Assembly (NCBI GenBank): GCA_963718565.1
Contig: OY970364.1
Span: 352,001-416,000, forward strand
Direction of reading: 5' to 3'
DNA: 64,000 bases
Source of the DNA: an uncultured Verrucomicrobiae bacterium
GTDB lineage: Bacteria; Chlamydiota; Chlamydiia; Chlamydiales; Rhabdochlamydiaceae
Below, in pieces: positions 61,394-64,000 of the stretch; the first letter of the stretch is position 1, and every line of letters begins with the position of its first letter. A program made the position numbers and the translations under genes. Below the pieces are notes generated by a model. The model was not told the DNA's origin, ran no database searches, and saw only the letters and a list, made by a program, of their open reading frames with translations.

Positions 61394-62974
61394 ATGAAAA
61401 TTTCTTTTGAAAACCCCACACTTCCTCTTAATCACACTGCCGCAGCGCTTATGGCAACTGCGGTGGTTGAGCTTTTTCCTAAAACGCTTCTTGTCGATGG
61501 GCGAGGAACTTCTAAATATTTTTACTATGATTTTATTTTTCCCTTTGAGTTCACATCAGAGTTTTTGCCTCTCATCGAAGAGCGGATGCGTGTGATGATC
61601 AGGGAGAAAAGAACTGTCCGTCTTACGGAAATGATGCCGTCCAATGCTGCTATGCTCATGAAGCACCTCCATCAAGAAATTGTTGCGGATAGGCTGATGC
61701 AAGTCCAGCAAGCGACCGTCCACATCGTTCACATCAGTGGCTTTTCTGTTTTTTCCCCTGAGCCAACTCTAGAAGAGCTCTCTATTCCTTTTTTTAAAAT
61801 TCTCGAAGGGTTTTCCTGTGAAGCCTCTCAAAGAAAAGCGTTCCGAATTGTCGGTGCGGCTTCCTTGGATAAGGAACGGTTGAAAGAGATCGCTAAGCTG
61901 CCGCCTGTTTCCTTGCAATGCCATTGGAAATTGAGTTCAGAAATGGCCCTGTGCGAACCGATGGAAGAAACGGGGATGTGGTATTGGCGGCCAAATGGAG
62001 ACAAGCTCCGGCAAATCCTGATCAAGTTCTGGCAAGAAGAGCTGATGAAGCAAAAATTTGAGTTAATTTCCTCGCCAACCCCGTTTATCGAAGATGGAGG
62101 GGAGAAAAGCCTTCGTCACAGTCATCGCGAATATTTTTTTCGATTTGGCATCCTTAAGATTGCTGAAATGGCATGGATTTTGAATGAAGATTTTCGTGAT
62201 CCAAGCCTTGGCCTCTTCTCGCCAAAAGCCTTTTTTGGCGACCGTGCCCATCTCTTTTGTTCTACGGAGAAACTTTTAGAAGAATGTATTTCGTCCTTGC
62301 GTTTCATCCTTAAAATCCCTAAAATTCTGGGTTTTGAGTTCGAAATTGTCTTATCAGTTTCGAGCGTTAGTGCTCAAAAGGTGAAGGCAAAAGGAGTGGC
62401 TATTTTCCAGCAAGCGCTGGAAGAAGCCGGCCTTGACTATACTCTTGAAAAAGAGTATCGAGCAGGCACTGTAGCGAGCATTAATATTTGTTTTGCTGAT
62501 TCCTTGGGAAGAAAATGGGCGGGGCCTTTTTTGAGGTTGTCAGATGCCGCAATGCCCCTGGGAAAAGGCACAATGCTGACTGTTTCAGCATTTGGATCCT
62601 TAGAGAGGATCTGTGCATTGTTATTGGAGAACAAATGTGGATGGATTCCACTTTGGTTAGCACCGCAACAAGTACGGATCTTAGTTGCAACGCGTAAAGT
62701 AGACCGTTACGCAAAAGAAGTTCACGAGGCTTTGAGCGCTCAAGGCATTCGAGCAACACTGGAGAGCTGCGCAGAAAAGTTAAAAGCGCGCCTCTACCGT
62801 GCCATGCTTGAAAAAGTGCCTTATGTCCTTTTGCTCGGCGAGCGAGAGGAAAAAGCAGGGACGCTCACGGTGCGTGCTTATGGAGAGAATGAAGAGCAGG
62901 TTTTGTCCTTGGACGAATTCTGCGTGAGACTGAAAAGGGAAATTGAGAGTGGAATCTCTGAATTTAAGAATTAA
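61394..62974 (+). CDS. Degenerate threonyl-tRNA synthetase-like protein (526 aa)
   Basis: FYYDF, GSLER, PLWLAPQQV, KVPYVLLLGERE anticodon domain; catalytic motifs eroded; upstream of infC. Confidence 0.8.
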   Translation: MKISFENPTLPLNHTAAALMATAVVELFPKTLLVDGRGTSKYFYYDFIFPFEFTSEFLPLIEERMRVMIREKRTVRLTEMMPSNAAMLMKHLHQEIVADRLMQVQQATVHIVHISGFSVFSPEPTLEELSIPFFKILEGFSCEASQRKAFRIVGAASLDKERLKEIAKLPPVSLQCHWKLSSEMALCEPMEETGMWYWRPNGDKLRQILIKFWQEELMKQKFELISSPTPFIEDGGEKSLRHSHREYFFRFGILKIAEMAWILNEDFRDPSLGLFSPKAFFGDRAHLFCSTEKLLEECISSLRFILKIPKILGFEFEIVLSVSSVSAQKVKAKGVAIFQQALEEAGLDYTLEKEYRAGTVASINICFADSLGRKWAGPFLRLSDAAMPLGKGTMLTVSAFGSLERICALLLENKCGWIPLWLAPQQVRILVATRKVDRYAKEVHEALSAQGIRATLESCAEKLKARLYRAMLEKVPYVLLLGEREEKAGTLTVRAYGENEEQVLSLDEFCVRLKREIESGISEFKN

Positions 62975-63491
62975 TCGAGAAATCCGAGCTCCGAAAGTTC
63001 GCGTCATCGATAAAGATGGCGGCCAGGTCGGAGTGTTGACTTTAGCAGAAGCATTGGCCAAAGCAGAAGCAGCTGGTCTTGACCTGGTTGAGATTGCGCC
63101 ATCCGCGGATCCTCCTGTGTGCAAGATTATTGATTTCGGCAAATACCGTTATCAGTTAACAAAAAAAGAAAAAGAACAGAAGAAAACACAGCATCAAGTC
63201 AAAGTCAAAGAGATCAAAATCAAGCCGAATACGGATGAACATGATCTAGAGACGAAGATAAAGCATGCGAGAGAATTTATTGCCAAGGGAAACAAAGTCA
63301 GGTTGACTTGTGTTTTTCGCGGAAGGGAAATGCTCCATCCAGAATTTGGACAACGCCTCGTTCAACGCATATGCGATCACCTGTCTGATGTTGCTTCCCC
63401 AGAGGCGCCGCCAAAAATGTTCGGTCGCAATTTGTCGATTGTGTTAGCGCCTGGAGCAAAGAAAAAAACAGCAAATAGTGAAAGGATTTAA
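62943..63491 (+). CDS. infC: Translation initiation factor IF-3 (non-AUG start, TTG 62943 or GTG 62949)
   Basis: INREIRA, LDLVEI, PPVCKIIDFGKY, FRGRE. Confidence 0.96.
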   Translation: MRVESLNLRINREIRAPKVRVIDKDGGQVGVLTLAEALAKAEAAGLDLVEIAPSADPPVCKIIDFGKYRYQLTKKEKEQKKTQHQVKVKEIKIKPNTDEHDLETKIKHAREFIAKGNKVRLTCVFRGREMLHPEFGQRLVQRICDHLSDVASPEAPPKMFGRNLSIVLAPGAKKKTANSERI

Positions 63492-63524
63492 GAAGTAGCT
63501 ATTGAAATTTACGGAGAAACTGTC

Positions 63525-63722
63525 GTGCCAAAAATGAAATCAAATAAAGCAGTGGCTGCGAGATTCAAAGTAACTGGGTCTGGCAAATTAGTCCGTCGTC
63601 ATCCCGGCCGCCGCCATATTTTGACCAAAAAAGCTGCGAAGCGCAAACGCCGTCTCAGAAAAGATGCTTTGGTCGATCAAGGACAAGTTAAAATGTATTC
63701 TCGTATGATGTTAGTAGGATAA
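63525..63722 (+). CDS. rpmI: 50S ribosomal protein L35
   Basis: MPKMKSNKAVAARFKVTGSGK...HILTKK. Confidence 0.96.
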   Translation: MPKMKSNKAVAARFKVTGSGKLVRRHPGRRHILTKKAAKRKRRLRKDALVDQGQVKMYSRMMLVG

Positions 63723-63785
63723 TTAAAATTGAATGAAAAACGGAGCGCGGTATAGTATCGCCTCAGTAAAATTTGGAGAATTACA

Positions 63786-64000
63786 ATGGTAAGAGTCACC
63801 AACGCTGTGGCTGCCAATCGCAAACGCAAACGCCTTCTTAAACGAGCAAAAGGATTTGTCGGTGATCGAAAAAATCACCTGCGTTTGACATCAGATGCTG
63901 TGATGTCTGCTTTGGCATTTAATTATCGCCACCGCAAACAAAAGAAAAGAGATTTCAAACGCCTTTGGATCGTCCGCATTGGAGTCGGTGCAAAGATCAA
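63786..64000 (+). CDS. rplT: 50S ribosomal protein L20 (partial)
   Basis: MVRVTNAVAANRKRKRLLKRAKGF...KKRDFKRLWIVRI. Confidence 0.95.
   Translation, partial: MVRVTNAVAANRKRKRLLKRAKGFVGDRKNHLRLTSDAVMSALAFNYRHRKQKKRDFKRLWIVRIGVGAKI

Noticed and set aside
62943..62975. Non-AUG start of infC
   Set aside because: Expected IF3 autoregulation, not novel.

Overview
This window looks like chromosomal DNA from an environmental chlamydia (Rhabdochlamydia/Simkania-like). That placement is inferred from a double-length UvrA, PknD, the dacA-ybbR pair, chlamydial-type LpxL and eukaryote-like F-box/U-box proteins. Housekeeping genes are pknD, trpS, uvrA, galE, pyk, rsmE, lpxL, a GT4 glycosyltransferase, ybbR, dacA, cydAB, dps, nusB, murB, folC, nadB, tRNA-Val, a thrS-like gene, infC, rpmI and rplT. 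They are interleaved with nested IS elements: three copies of an IS3-family element, IS630, an IS66-like relic, two kinds of IS1634 and ISAs1. There is also an IS-bounded tandem duplication, at least six families of palindromic MITE/REP-like elements and several candidate host-directed effectors. The most interesting observations are: (1) a putative methionine-sensing leader-peptide attenuator (MMLFLQGVFKFSMPMRCT with mutually exclusive hairpins) upstream of a homocysteine S-methyltransferase; (2) an intact but apparently catalytically dead ThrRS-like gene in the canonical thrS-infC slot; (3) MITE families that supply stop codons or C-termini to host genes and recombine into chimeras; (4) a mosaic tandem array of effector-like paralogues; (5) a U-box-like effector and a His-Asn-Cys protease-like effector. 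All family assignments come from motif recognition only; no searches were run.
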